A stretch of DNA of 60,608 nucleotides, counting the filler. It is 2 parts of 2 records of this genome, joined end to end, with 100 filler letters (N's around TTAATTAATTAA, not from the genome) between each part and the next. Parts side by side here need not be neighbours in the genome. Positions count along the whole stretch, not along the records: positions 32,083 to 60,608 come from SRR22947727_2423; 1 more part is not named here. One strand, given 5' to 3'. The position numbers and the translations under genes are program-made. Of the stretch, positions 50,305 to 59,900 are shown piece after piece. Each line of letters begins with the position of its first letter. The first letter of the stretch is position 1. The notes beneath the pieces were generated by a model, which was not told the origin of the DNA, made no database searches, and was given only the letters and a program-made list of their open reading frames with translations.

Positions 50305-51155
50305 TGCTAGCACTCATTGATGGTGACATGCTTCTGTATGAGTGTTGCTTCGGAGTGCAGTATAAGGATGAGGAGGGGGAGGTTATTATCCCCTCCTTTG
50401 ACAATGTCATTGACCTGTTAGATCATAAGCTTGATATTATTATTGATGGCACTTGGGCAAGTGAGTGTAAACTCTACCTCACTGGCAGCAATACCATCAA
50501 GAAGTTTATGCCTGAGTTTAAGGACGAGCCCTTGAATCATAGGATTGAAGCGGCTAAGACAAAGCCTTACAAAGGCAATAGGGAGGCGGCTAAGCCGTAT
50601 CATTATGACAACCTTGTACTACATCTTCTATACCATTACCCTGTGGAGATTGCTTGGGGGATGGAAGCTGATGACCTCATTTGCATTCACCATACCTCCA
50701 GGCCCCATGACTCAGTGGTTTGTACTAGGGATAAAGACCTGAGGATGGTTCCTGGACTGCACTATGGCTGGGAATGCTATAAGCAACCAGCCTTTGGCCC
50801 TAAAGTTATTGAGGATTTAGGGGAGATTGATCTGGTGTTTAAGGGAGGTAAGCAGGATATTGTGGGGGGAGGCCTCAAGTTCTTCTACTCTCAGATGATA
50901 ACGGGGGACAGCGTAGATAACATACCGGGACTTCCTAGGAAGGCAGCTGTAGCAGCATACAAAGCGCTCTCTGAGTGTGATAGTGAGAGTGATTGTTTTA
51001 ATGCTGTTAGAGATCTTTATGAGGATGTTATGGGAGCTGGATGGAGAGGCTACTTTAAAGAGCAGGCTCAACTACTTTGGATAGCTAGAGAAGCTGATGA
51101 AGAAGGCAGGCCTATTACGTATAAAATGATGGATGAGAGGGGAGAATGCTTGTGA
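50304..51155 (+). CDS. 5'-3' exonuclease / RNase H (T7 gp6-like)
   Basis: LIDGD, YKGNR, EADD, DKDLRMVPG, GDSVDNIPG. Confidence 0.92.
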   Translation: MLALIDGDMLLYECCFGVQYKDEEGEVIIPSFDNVIDLLDHKLDIIIDGTWASECKLYLTGSNTIKKFMPEFKDEPLNHRIEAAKTKPYKGNREAAKPYHYDNLVLHLLYHYPVEIAWGMEADDLICIHHTSRPHDSVVCTRDKDLRMVPGLHYGWECYKQPAFGPKVIEDLGEIDLVFKGGKQDIVGGGLKFFYSQMITGDSVDNIPGLPRKAAVAAYKALSECDSESDCFNAVRDLYEDVMGAGWRGYFKEQAQLLWIAREADEEGRPITYKMMDERGECL

Positions 51156-51670
51156 AAGAGAGTAAAGGCTCACGGGGGGCTGAGGAGTTAATCTCCTTGT
51201 TGGAGACTGAGCAGGAGGACTACTTAAAAAAGCTGGGCCGCATTTTGAGGGAAGGGGATGCTGTTAGTAAATTTATAATTTGGTTTGCTGGGGATAGAGT
51301 AAACCCATACTGCCTGTTTGGGCACTCGGTGGGGAAGGATGTTTTAAGCTTAATATCACTTGCCAGCAAGTTGTCCCACTCCCTGTATGACGATGGTGAG
51401 GTGTCCCTGGTGGTGGATAAAGATTCCAGGGAGCCCCATGTAATATTTAGGGACTTTTCACATATGTCAGAGGTGGAGATTGACGGACTAATAAACGAAG
51501 ACCTATGCGTTACAGGGACTCCAAGGAGCTACTCCGTCATAGGAGGGGAGGGCATTAGCAAGGTGTATGACCTGTATGACGCCTATGAGGCAGCCAGGGA
51601 GGTACGTAGTAAGAGGATTGAGGATTACCTGGCGGGCATAGTGACGGACGTGCGGGGAGAAAACTTATGA
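51146..51670 (+). CDS. Phage hypothetical protein
   Basis: ORF overlapping both neighbours. Confidence 0.65.
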   Translation: MLVKESKGSRGAEELISLLETEQEDYLKKLGRILREGDAVSKFIIWFAGDRVNPYCLFGHSVGKDVLSLISLASKLSHSLYDDGEVSLVVDKDSREPHVIFRDFSHMSEVEIDGLINEDLCVTGTPRSYSVIGGEGISKVYDLYDAYEAAREVRSKRIEDYLAGIVTDVRGENL

Positions 51671-51789
51671 TTAACTCTTACTTTGGAGACTCGATAGGGC
51701 CTTGGACTTGCCCTAAGTGTGGCAAGAAGTATTTAACGTATGTACCTTTCTTCTGTACTTGTGGTGAAGAAAGTCCTAGGTGTAGTTAG
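51667..51789 (+). CDS. Zinc-ribbon microprotein (40 aa)
   Basis: MINSYFGDSIGPWTCPKCGKKYLTYVPFFCTCGEESPRCS*, GGAG RBS, ATGA overlap. Confidence 0.62.
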   Translation: MINSYFGDSIGPWTCPKCGKKYLTYVPFFCTCGEESPRCS

Positions 51790-51797
51790 GAGGTGTA

Positions 51798-52217
51798 ATG
51801 GGAAGACCATCAGGGCCTAAGGTTAGGTGTGGTAATCAATGGACAGAGGCTAGGTTTACAACCTTCGTTAAGAACCTGCTTAGATCTGGGACTAGGAAAT
51901 GGGCTCCAATTCAAAACGCCCTAAAGAAAGCTAGGACTAGGCGAGGTTACTACCTCTGTGCTGATTGTGGTGAGGAAGTTACAGCCACTATCAAACACCC
52001 TAACACAGGGAGAAGAACTAAGAACGCTATTGTTGATCATATAAACCCAGTGATAGACCCTAAGGTTGGGTTTACATCCTGGGATGACTTTGTGGAGGGG
52101 ACATTCTGTGAGATTGATAACCTGCAAGTAGTATGTTATGCTTGTCATAAAGGTAAGACTGACGAGGAGACAGCTATAGCAGCAGCCCGTAGACGTGAGG
52201 AGAAAGGTGTTGAATAA
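51798..52217 (+). CDS. HNH endonuclease
   Basis: CADC...VDHINPV...NLQVVCYACHKGKT, AGGAGG RBS. Confidence 0.88.
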   Translation: MGRPSGPKVRCGNQWTEARFTTFVKNLLRSGTRKWAPIQNALKKARTRRGYYLCADCGEEVTATIKHPNTGRRTKNAIVDHINPVIDPKVGFTSWDDFVEGTFCEIDNLQVVCYACHKGKTDEETAIAAARRREEKGVE

Positions 52218-52434
52218 TTTTAATAAAATAAAAGACCCTGGGCTTAAGGCTTGGAACCGACTGGTAAACTACCTTAATTTATTGTCTGCCCATAAGACGA
52301 AGGAGGAAGCTAAAGACTACCTCAGGCAGTTCACTAAGGAGGACAATGACCAAATCCGAAATGTTTTAAAGCAAATAGAGGAGAGAGGACATGTCGAAGC
52401 GAGACGTACTATTATCGAAGGCGCTGGACTTTAG
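52210..52434 (+). CDS. Phage hypothetical protein
   Basis: Helical ORF coupled to HNH. Start codon uncertain. Confidence 0.6.
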   Translation: MNNFNKIKDPGLKAWNRLVNYLNLLSAHKTKEEAKDYLRQFTKEDNDQIRNVLKQIEERGHVEARRTIIEGAGL

Positions 52435-52591
52435 TGCTGATGAGATTAGAATGTATGATGATTTAATGGCGATGCCCAAGACAGATGTTGTAAGGGCCTG
52501 TATTAGCCGTGAGAGGAAGTTAAACAGAGTGCTTGACTTAGTATGTGGGCACAGTGTAGAATTGTATAGGGAGGCTTTGAAGAGCTTATGA
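52391..52591 (+). CDS. Phage hypothetical protein
   Basis: GAGG RBS, ATGA coupling to the next gene. Confidence 0.55.
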   Translation: MSKRDVLLSKALDFSADEIRMYDDLMAMPKTDVVRACISRERKLNRVLDLVCGHSVELYREALKSL

Positions 52592-52803
52592 GTGCTCTTA
52601 AGGATCAGGTGGCTGGTGGCCACTACAAGAAGTTGGCAATACAGCCTGTGGAGTTCATTCAAAAGAATGGTATAGGCTTTTGCGAGGGGAATGTTGTAAA
52701 GTATGTAACTAGATGGAGAGATAAGGGAGGTGTTGAGGATCTAAGGAAGGCCAAACATTTTATCGATCTATTAATTGAAATTGAGGAACTAAAGAATGAT
52801 TAA
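52588..52803 (+). CDS. DUF3310 family protein (T7 gp1.7-like nucleotide kinase domain)
   Basis: QVAGGHYK..IQPVEFI..GFCEGNVVKYVTRWRDKGGVEDLRKA. Confidence 0.85.
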   Translation: MSALKDQVAGGHYKKLAIQPVEFIQKNGIGFCEGNVVKYVTRWRDKGGVEDLRKAKHFIDLLIEIEELKND

Positions 52804-52918
52804 TGCTTTTAACTCTGGTGGCGGAACTAAATACACTTGTGATAAATGTGGTGCGACTTACGACGAGAAGCCTTCTTGTTGTTACGAGTGTGGCTGCATT
52901 AGGTTTACTGCTAGCTAA
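52796..52918 (+). CDS. Zinc-ribbon microprotein (40 aa)
   Basis: MINAFNSGGGTKYTCDKCGATYDEKPSCCYECGCIRFTAS*. Confidence 0.65.
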   Translation: MINAFNSGGGTKYTCDKCGATYDEKPSCCYECGCIRFTAS

Positions 52919-53034
52919 TGGACAGTTCATATTATTGTAGGCATTGTGGGGCAGAGTACTCTAGCTATGTAAGTAGCTGTGCTGTGTGTAACTCAGATGA
53001 TATACGGGAGCTAAGTAAGCATGTTTGTGTGTAA
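52918..53034 (+). CDS. Zinc-ribbon microprotein (38 aa)
   Basis: MDSSYYCRHCGAEYSSYVSSCAVCNSDDIRELSKHVCV*, TAATG coupling. Confidence 0.65.
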   Translation: MDSSYYCRHCGAEYSSYVSSCAVCNSDDIRELSKHVCV

Positions 53035-53122
53035 GGATGAATATTGTGGGACTGAGTATGTAGAGAGGCCCATTTGTTGCGAGGATTGCGGAGGCGTTTT
53101 ATTCGAGGAAGTAGATGACTGA
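53021..53122 (+). CDS. Zinc-ribbon microprotein (33 aa)
   Basis: MFVCKDEYCGTEYVERPICCEDCGGVLFEEVDD*, GGAG RBS. Confidence 0.65.
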   Translation: MFVCKDEYCGTEYVERPICCEDCGGVLFEEVDD

Positions 53123-53828
53123 TACATTAATGGTTCATAGCATTTCTAGTAGTACCCTTAACAATGCAGCTAGGTTTAGCATGAACTCACTTCAAGGGCA
53201 CCATCACTCATCATTTGGTGTAGAGTATTACTCTGACAAAGGTGGGAATACTAGGTGGAGCATGACTGTAGGATGCTTATTAGATCCAACCAGTCCAGCT
53301 GCTAGGTATGCTTCGGGGATGGTTCTTAAGAGGCCTATATTAGGTTGTGGTATTATAGCAGGAGGTGATAAAGATGTTCTAGTAATATCTGATATGCACT
53401 TGCCTTACCAACACCCTGATGCCTTAGACTTCTTACAAGCCTTAGAGGATGAGTTTGTGTTCGATCAGATTCTAAACGTAGGAGACTTGTATGACCATCA
53501 TAGAGGATCTTACCATGAGTCAGAACCAGATGCATACGGAGAGGAAGAGGAGTTTGATAGGTCTAAGAAGTTAGCTCATGTACTACAAGAGATGTTCCCT
53601 GATATGGACATTGTCAAGGGTAATCATGATGCTATCCCACAAAGGAAGTTAAAGACGTGTGGGCTACCAACATCCGCACTGTCCGACTTCAACAAGATGT
53701 ACGACACTGAGGACTCCTGGAGATGGCACCGAGAGTTTACTTTTGACTCAGGTGGTGGCTATCCTGTAGTAGTTCCTATGTCGTTAAATAAGAAAGGTCG
53801 TTGGGATAAAACAATAATAAGAGTTTGA
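53115..53828 (+). CDS. Calcineurin-like metallophosphoesterase with permuted motif order
   Basis: H8 and GHHH (28-31) precede DMH (93-95), GDLYD (123-127) and GNHD (169-172). Confidence 0.82.
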   Translation: MTDTLMVHSISSSTLNNAARFSMNSLQGHHHSSFGVEYYSDKGGNTRWSMTVGCLLDPTSPAARYASGMVLKRPILGCGIIAGGDKDVLVISDMHLPYQHPDALDFLQALEDEFVFDQILNVGDLYDHHRGSYHESEPDAYGEEEEFDRSKKLAHVLQEMFPDMDIVKGNHDAIPQRKLKTCGLPTSALSDFNKMYDTEDSWRWHREFTFDSGGGYPVVVPMSLNKKGRWDKTIIRV

Positions 53829-53834
53829 GGTTAT

Positions 53835-54056
53835 ATGAAGTTAATTATTACACCTAAGCAAGACCTAAGCATTAAGTTAATCAACTTTCTAGATGTGCTA
53901 GAGAAGAAACATGCTGTACCTGTCATCACTCCAACTGAGTTGAATGAGATGGCTGGCAGTTACATTCATGTTGAAACAACTCCAGCACTTATGGATGATG
54001 ATGAAACAATCTATTACGACTTGGAAACAATCCGTAATAAACTCATTGCACTATAA
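53835..54056 (+). CDS. Phage hypothetical protein
   Basis: GAGG RBS, last plus-strand gene before the terminator. Confidence 0.65.
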   Translation: MKLIITPKQDLSIKLINFLDVLEKKHAVPVITPTELNEMAGSYIHVETTPALMDDDETIYYDLETIRNKLIAL

Positions 54057-54061
54057 ACAAC

Positions 54062-54088
54062 AAAAGGGGGCTCAAGGCCCCCTCTTTT
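54062..54088. terminator. Bidirectional intrinsic terminator at convergence of early/middle and late arms
   Basis: AAAA-GGGGGC-TCAAG-GCCCCC-TCTTTT. Confidence 0.8.
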
Positions 54089-54395
54089 CTAAGGCATTAA
54101 GCCTCTCATCAATTCTAGCTGAATAGATCTTTATACTCTCGATGTTATCAGCGATCTTTTCAAGACTGTCCTCCATCCCCTGGAGAGACCTAACTTCAGC
54201 CTCCAAGGTTGTTAACCTCCCTTCATGATCACCCATCTTATCTATCTGCCCTTGCATAACTGCAATCATATCTGTATTCTGCTGAGCCTGTATCCTACCA
54301 CTAACGTGGGAACCTACAATTGAAAGTACTAGCACTACTACAGCAGCACCAGCTTCAACCCAACCTATTTCAAGACGCATAGTTTCACTCGCCAC
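54072..54395 (-). CDS. Single-TM coiled-coil protein, candidate holin / lysis-associated
   Basis: N-terminal TM AGAAVVVLVLSIVG plus coiled coil. Adjacent to the spanin-like gene. Confidence 0.5.
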   Translation of the reverse strand: MASETMRLEIGWVEAGAAVVVLVLSIVGSHVSGRIQAQQNTDMIAVMQGQIDKMGDHEGRLTTLEAEVRSLQGMEDSLEKIADNIESIKIYSARIDERLNALEKRGP

Positions 54396-54723
54396 CGTCG
54401 TCTCTCCTAAACCACATGCTAAACAGGTGCTTAATTTCTAGGTAAATATCTCTTGGCCCTGGAAGTAACCACCCTAACACTAGCAATATGAGATAGATCA
54501 GAGAGACGTTCTTATGTTCTTCATTATTGATAACCTCAGCTGTGAGATTATCTCCTACTTGAACTTCCGTGTCTACTGTCTCTTCCTTTGTGCCCACTAC
54601 CAATTCAGCTTGAGCATTGATGCCTGACTTAGGCCCTGCTAAAGTGGCTGCCCCCTTGACTATATCCATAGTCGAGCAGCCTACCATGCTAAATAGAAAC
54701 AGTGCCAGCAATAGACTTCTCAT
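54385..54723 (-). CDS. Candidate unimolecular spanin (u-spanin)
   Basis: Lipoprotein signal MRSLLLALFLFSMVGC, short periplasmic region, C-terminal TM SLIYLILLVLGWLLP. Confidence 0.68.
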   Translation of the reverse strand: MRSLLLALFLFSMVGCSTMDIVKGAATLAGPKSGINAQAELVVGTKEETVDTEVQVGDNLTAEVINNEEHKNVSLIYLILLVLGWLLPGPRDIYLEIKHLFSMWFRRDDGGE

Positions 54724-56938
54724 GTCTACCCCCTTTAGGTTTATAGCTTAAGACAACTTCATCTCCAGCCTTGTAGATGATAGTACCATCATCCTTAAGC
54801 TCTACAGAATCAATCTTCTTATCAGCTACTAGGTTATACGCCTCAGCCCTCCTGAGTGCTAGACCTTTAACAGACTTATCATCTACATTAGCTGTATCTA
54901 ACAACTCCGTTACAACTCCAACATCATCACCAGCTTCTAAAGCTTTCTTAAGCTTAGGGAACTTAAGCACTTGTGGCCCTGCATTAAAGGAACTATCTAG
55001 TAGTGCCTGCTTAACATCAGCAGGTGCTCCTGAGAAGCCCTCTACGCCTTGCCATTCACTTTCAAGGAAGTTAAGGTAGTCTTCTGCCACCTTCTCATCA
55101 CTGTCCTCCTGAGAGGCTCCTACAGCCTTCCTAGCTGCATCAGTAACTCCTAGGGAACCAGTGTCAATGTTAGTAAGTAAGTCCCCCTCACCTTCTAATC
55201 GAGGTAGGTTACTTAGAACTCCCTCAACTGGATCAGGGGTTGACACTTCCTTTGGCTTAGTCTCCTCTTGCTCAACTCCAAAGAATCTAAAAAACTTATC
55301 GTCATAAACCTTTTTATAGTTTTTATTACCTTGCAAGTGAGCACCAGCCCAGATCATTAAGTTAAGCTCTTTAGCCAACTTCTTATTAAGGTTACGAGCT
55401 TCTGCCTGGACATTAGGATTGCTTGACATCTCAGGGATTGGCCTAAACTCAACACCCACTCCGTTAAAGAAGGGCTGTATAACTTCAGCTGAAACCCTTT
55501 CATCTGCACGACTAGTCCTAGTACCTGTACTAATCCTGACAGTGCTCCTCTCATACTCCTTCTTAATTAAAGGCTCTACAATATTATTATACTGAGCCTC
55601 AATAGTCTCATCTGCCTTAGAAGCAAGTCCAACGTCCACCCCACCATTACTAGAGCTATAATCTCCATAATCCTGTGAGGCAAAGAAGTTCATAACAGGC
55701 CTAAACTGCTTAGGATTTGTTGCTGAACTACGGTAGAGGTTTACAGAGTCTAAGACTTTCCCAGCGGCTCGATTGATAGCATCGTCACCAGCACCATCCA
55801 ATTCACCATTTACACTCATCCTCATCTGTTGTTTAATTAAGGAAAGAGAATCCTCATTATCCAAGTTCTTCCCATCTAAGAAGTTAGGAGCTTGAACCTC
55901 AGGATCTTCTGAACCAAGTGAGGATAGCTTCTCAGCAATCGCCCTAGTCAGGTTGACATCTAATGACAGGAAATCTGAGTTTCTGAACAGCTCATTGCCA
56001 GCAAGAGCAACAGCAAACTTAGGATCTTCAACCCATTCCATCTTATACTTAGTGACCATATTAGAGAAATGGTTGTCCATAGCAGTCTTAGCAATGCTGC
56101 CATTGATTGTACCTATAGCCAGCTCCTTAAGGGACGATGTAGGGCCCATAAGCTTAGTTGCATACTCACCATTCTGAGGGCCAGCTGTTGCCAACACATC
56201 TGATTCATAAGCTGCAAACTTAGTGATGATATCATTTATAGCATCCACAGCTGAGTCATACCTACCATTAGCATGATCTTCAACAATGTTCTGTAAGTCC
56301 TTGGCCATCTTCCCTTGGGAAGCCCCTACAAAGGAACCTACAGCAGATTGACTTTTAGACTTAGCCTGCCTTAACGCTCTAGCATCTAGCTTATCAACCA
56401 AGTTAAGCTGATTAGTCTCTGAAGCAGCCCTAGCATTAGCTAGTTGTATGTTCAAATACTCCTCAATTCCCTTCTCTTTAAGCTCATCACTATCAGTAGT
56501 CTTGATGAAGCCTAGGCGAATAGCCTCACCTTCCAACTCCTGTTGCTTTTGCTGTTCGAAGGTGCCTTGTTCAATAGCGGCAGCTAGTGTTTCCTCATCT
56601 AACAGGCCTTTATGTACAGAGAGCAGCTTCTCAGAGAGTAGTGGATTAGCACTCTGAGCCTGAACTAGAGCACGTCTGGACTCTCTCTGAGCTTGTGCTT
56701 GGGTCATCTTACCCTGCTCTACAGCATCAGCTAGTAGCAACTGCTGCTCTGTAAAGCTTGATATAACAGACCCCACTGCCTTCTGTTGTTTCTTCTCTTG
56801 GTGCTGTGCAAATACATCAACACCCTGAGCTACAGCCTGTAGTAGTAATGCAGGAGTTTCATTAACAACTGCATCCTTAGGCCTGAAGTGGGAGGTTTGA
56901 CCCTCCCCTATACCTTCAGCGGTAATTTTACTGGTCAC
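54689..56938 (-). CDS. Internal virion (ejection) protein with C-terminal lysozyme-like domain
   Basis: Helical 749-aa protein. C-terminal ALLDSSFNAG...FPKLKKALEAGD...KGLALRRAE resembles GH24 phage lysozyme. Confidence 0.7.
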   Translation of the reverse strand: MTSKITAEGIGEGQTSHFRPKDAVVNETPALLLQAVAQGVDVFAQHQEKKQQKAVGSVISSFTEQQLLLADAVEQGKMTQAQAQRESRRALVQAQSANPLLSEKLLSVHKGLLDEETLAAAIEQGTFEQQKQQELEGEAIRLGFIKTTDSDELKEKGIEEYLNIQLANARAASETNQLNLVDKLDARALRQAKSKSQSAVGSFVGASQGKMAKDLQNIVEDHANGRYDSAVDAINDIITKFAAYESDVLATAGPQNGEYATKLMGPTSSLKELAIGTINGSIAKTAMDNHFSNMVTKYKMEWVEDPKFAVALAGNELFRNSDFLSLDVNLTRAIAEKLSSLGSEDPEVQAPNFLDGKNLDNEDSLSLIKQQMRMSVNGELDGAGDDAINRAAGKVLDSVNLYRSSATNPKQFRPVMNFFASQDYGDYSSSNGGVDVGLASKADETIEAQYNNIVEPLIKKEYERSTVRISTGTRTSRADERVSAEVIQPFFNGVGVEFRPIPEMSSNPNVQAEARNLNKKLAKELNLMIWAGAHLQGNKNYKKVYDDKFFRFFGVEQEETKPKEVSTPDPVEGVLSNLPRLEGEGDLLTNIDTGSLGVTDAARKAVGASQEDSDEKVAEDYLNFLESEWQGVEGFSGAPADVKQALLDSSFNAGPQVLKFPKLKKALEAGDDVGVVTELLDTANVDDKSVKGLALRRAEAYNLVADKKIDSVELKDDGTIIYKAGDEVVLSYKPKGGRHEKSIAGTVSI

Positions 56939-59900
56939 TCTTGTTCACCTTTTAAGTTGTCGGCAGCATCAATAGCTCCCTTCAAATCTTTCTTCATGTT
57001 AGGATAGTTAGGGTTGTCTGGGACAAGGTCAATCCTTGCCTTCAACTCGTCTGAACTTAATATGCCTGACATCCTCCAGAGCTGTTTGTAAAGCCTCATA
57101 TCCCCTCGGTTCCTATCTTCTTCAATAAGCCCCTCAACAATCCTCTTAGCTTTAACATTATCATTTCCAAACACTGCCCAAGCCTTAGATAACACTTCTA
57201 GTTGATACTCGAACTCATCAGGAGTTATATCATCACGTAATAAAACCCTGCGACTTTCTTTGTACCACTTCTCAATGTCATCCCTAAAGGCCTTCTTCTT
57301 ACGATAGAAGTCATTGGCCAGCCAGAAGCTGTTAGTCTCATCCATAGTGGAGAAGCCCAATGCTTTAAGGACGGCTTCTGCTGAAGTGACCTCTGGATCT
57401 ACAATGCCTCCATTGGTGGCTGATCGTAGTAGTAAATACTCCCTAGCGTAAGCTGCCTTGTATGCATTAGAGAACCCTGAGAACATCTTAGCCCCATCTA
57501 GGAACACATGCCCTAGTCGAGTTCTGTCATCAGTGTCGTTAACAACATTGTTTGTATATGATGCTACAGTCTTTGCGAAGTTAGTAATCCTAGGGTTGTG
57601 CCCAAAGAGCAACTGTCCTGAAGGAGTTGATGCAATTGTTGTACCTAGGTCTTGGGTTATTAAGCCATGAATAAATTCCATCAGACCATGTTGATCTAAA
57701 GGTGCTAGATCACTCCAATCAATGTAAGTCTCTTCACCTAAGGTGGTTGATAAGAACTTGTTAAAGGCCCAACCCTCAAGTCCATTGACAAAGAGGTCTC
57801 TATTGCCCTTATCCATACCTTCTAGCTGTTCCCCGAATAGGGAGTACATAGTTGCTACAGGCAGGGAGTACATGGTTGTATTAAACAAGCCTAGTCTGAA
57901 CTTCTGCCAACCAGTTAACACCCGATTAGTAGTCATTGTGGTTAATGCTTTATGAGGAACCTGCATATAAGTGAAGATAAGTCCCAGAGCATTTAGGTTA
58001 TAAGGCATGTCACCAGCAGCGTTCATGTTGTAGGTGTAGTTCCTAGCTCTAGCTGCAACGTCCTCTTGAACCCTTAAGCTACTAATATCCTTGCCAGCAC
58101 GTACAGCTTGGTCTCTATGAGCCAACCATGCTGTAAGCATGTTAACCCTTTCACCAGCATCAAAGCCAGCCTTACGTAGGAAGGTGAATGGCTTAAAGTC
58201 CTTCTTAGCAACTTCATCTGCCAAACTAGCTAAAGATCCCCTGACAAGATTCTGCTTATCAATGGAAGCTTCTAAGCCTGTCTTCTGCCATTGTTTGAAC
58301 ATCTCAGTAGACTCCTCAAGAGTCATGTCTAAGGTTTTAAGCAACTTACTAGAAGGCTTAATGCCAAGCTGATGTGATGTCATCACGACCCACTCTGGAG
58401 CTAGCCTTCCTCCTAAATACTTAGGGTTGAAGTTAGCCAGAAGTTGGAATGCCTGATGGCTCTGGATGACAAACTGCCTCAGTGGGTTTGTAGCTAGGTA
58501 GAGGTTGAACGAAGCGTTCTTAGCCAAAGCTGTAACTCCCCTCTGCTCACTAGCCCACTTGAAAGCTTTCTCCAAGCTTGTAAAGTTCTGATCCCCAGCT
58601 AGATTACTGATGTTCTTAAGAACCGTCTTAATCCCCTCATCCATACCGTTGATATAACTATTCTCAATGTAATCAATATACCTGAAAGTAGTTTTAGCAT
58701 CGGCTAGCCTTGAGTCATTCTGACTCCCCACTTGCCTATACTTAATATCTCTAATGTCGGTTGGAAACATTGGTTGCTGGAACTCATTCTTAGGCAAGAA
58801 GTCCTCAAACTGATTGAGGAACCTATGCTTATGAGTTTCGATAACAGGCCTCATAGGAACCCTATTACCTAAAGACCTAGCTGATAAAATTGCACTATCA
58901 ACTGGCCCTAAAATTGAAGCTGCCTCAAGAGTTTCTTCATTAGAGTTGGCACTGTCTAAGCGTTTCCCCCTAACTTTCTGAGCTATCCTTCCTCTGGATT
59001 GTTGCAAGTCCCACCATTCAGCACTGTCATTCTTAAGGTTCTTAATGTCATCCCTAACAAAGAACTCTTCGCCAGCCTTGGCATTAGTAGACAGTCCTTC
59101 ACGCAACAGCTCAGCCTCTTCCTTCGAGGCAGCCGTACCTACGGCACGAGTGTACAAGAGATTATCACTCCTATCCTTCACAGTTTTAAACACAAACTTA
59201 GGGTCCGTGTATTGAACTGAGTAGTAGCCTTTACGATATGACAAAACTTCTGTCGTATCAGTAATGGATCTTAGGTAGTCATCATCTCCCGCATTCTTTA
59301 CTACAATTAAATCTGAAGCATCATCACCAACTTTAATAGCCTGCTTAGCTCTAGCTACCGTGCCTCCTTGCTCGTACAAGCGTTGTAAGCTTGCTTTGGA
59401 TACTGTGTTCAATGTACCCGCGACTGGATCATAAACAGTTAAGCTAGTGGGCAATGATGCCTCCTGAAGTGGCTTAGCGAACAACTTAGTCTCTGCTGAG
59501 TTGCCCATATACTCCATGAATCCCTGGGCCTTTAGAGTCTTCCCTAAGTCCCTGTTCTCAAGCACATAAGCTGTGTCCCAATATTCACGCCAAGCCTTCA
59601 GTGTATCTATTTCATCCGGGGTGAAGCCTTCGGTTACAGCTCTGTTGTAATCAAAGTCTAGCCCCTCTTTGTTAGCCCTACGGATTGAATCATCTATAAG
59701 GCCCTTCCTATCTTTATCAAGCTTAACGAACTTTGATGCAAAGTTATCAGCAAGCTTTAGCAAACCTTTCTCTAAGTTAGCTGCCTGATCAAAACCCTTG
59801 TTAGCACTTAGGGTTATGGTTGGATGTAAGGTTGATGCTGCATCTAAAAGGTTAGGCTGCAATGCCCAGCTCTTCATGTTAGTGCCAAGCCCCATCCTAT

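Noticed and set aside
52796-53122. Zinc-ribbon microproteins as LysW/AmCP-type carrier proteins for the ATP-grasp ligase
   Set aside because: None has the C-terminal EDxGE motif and they lie about 8 kb from the ligase module.
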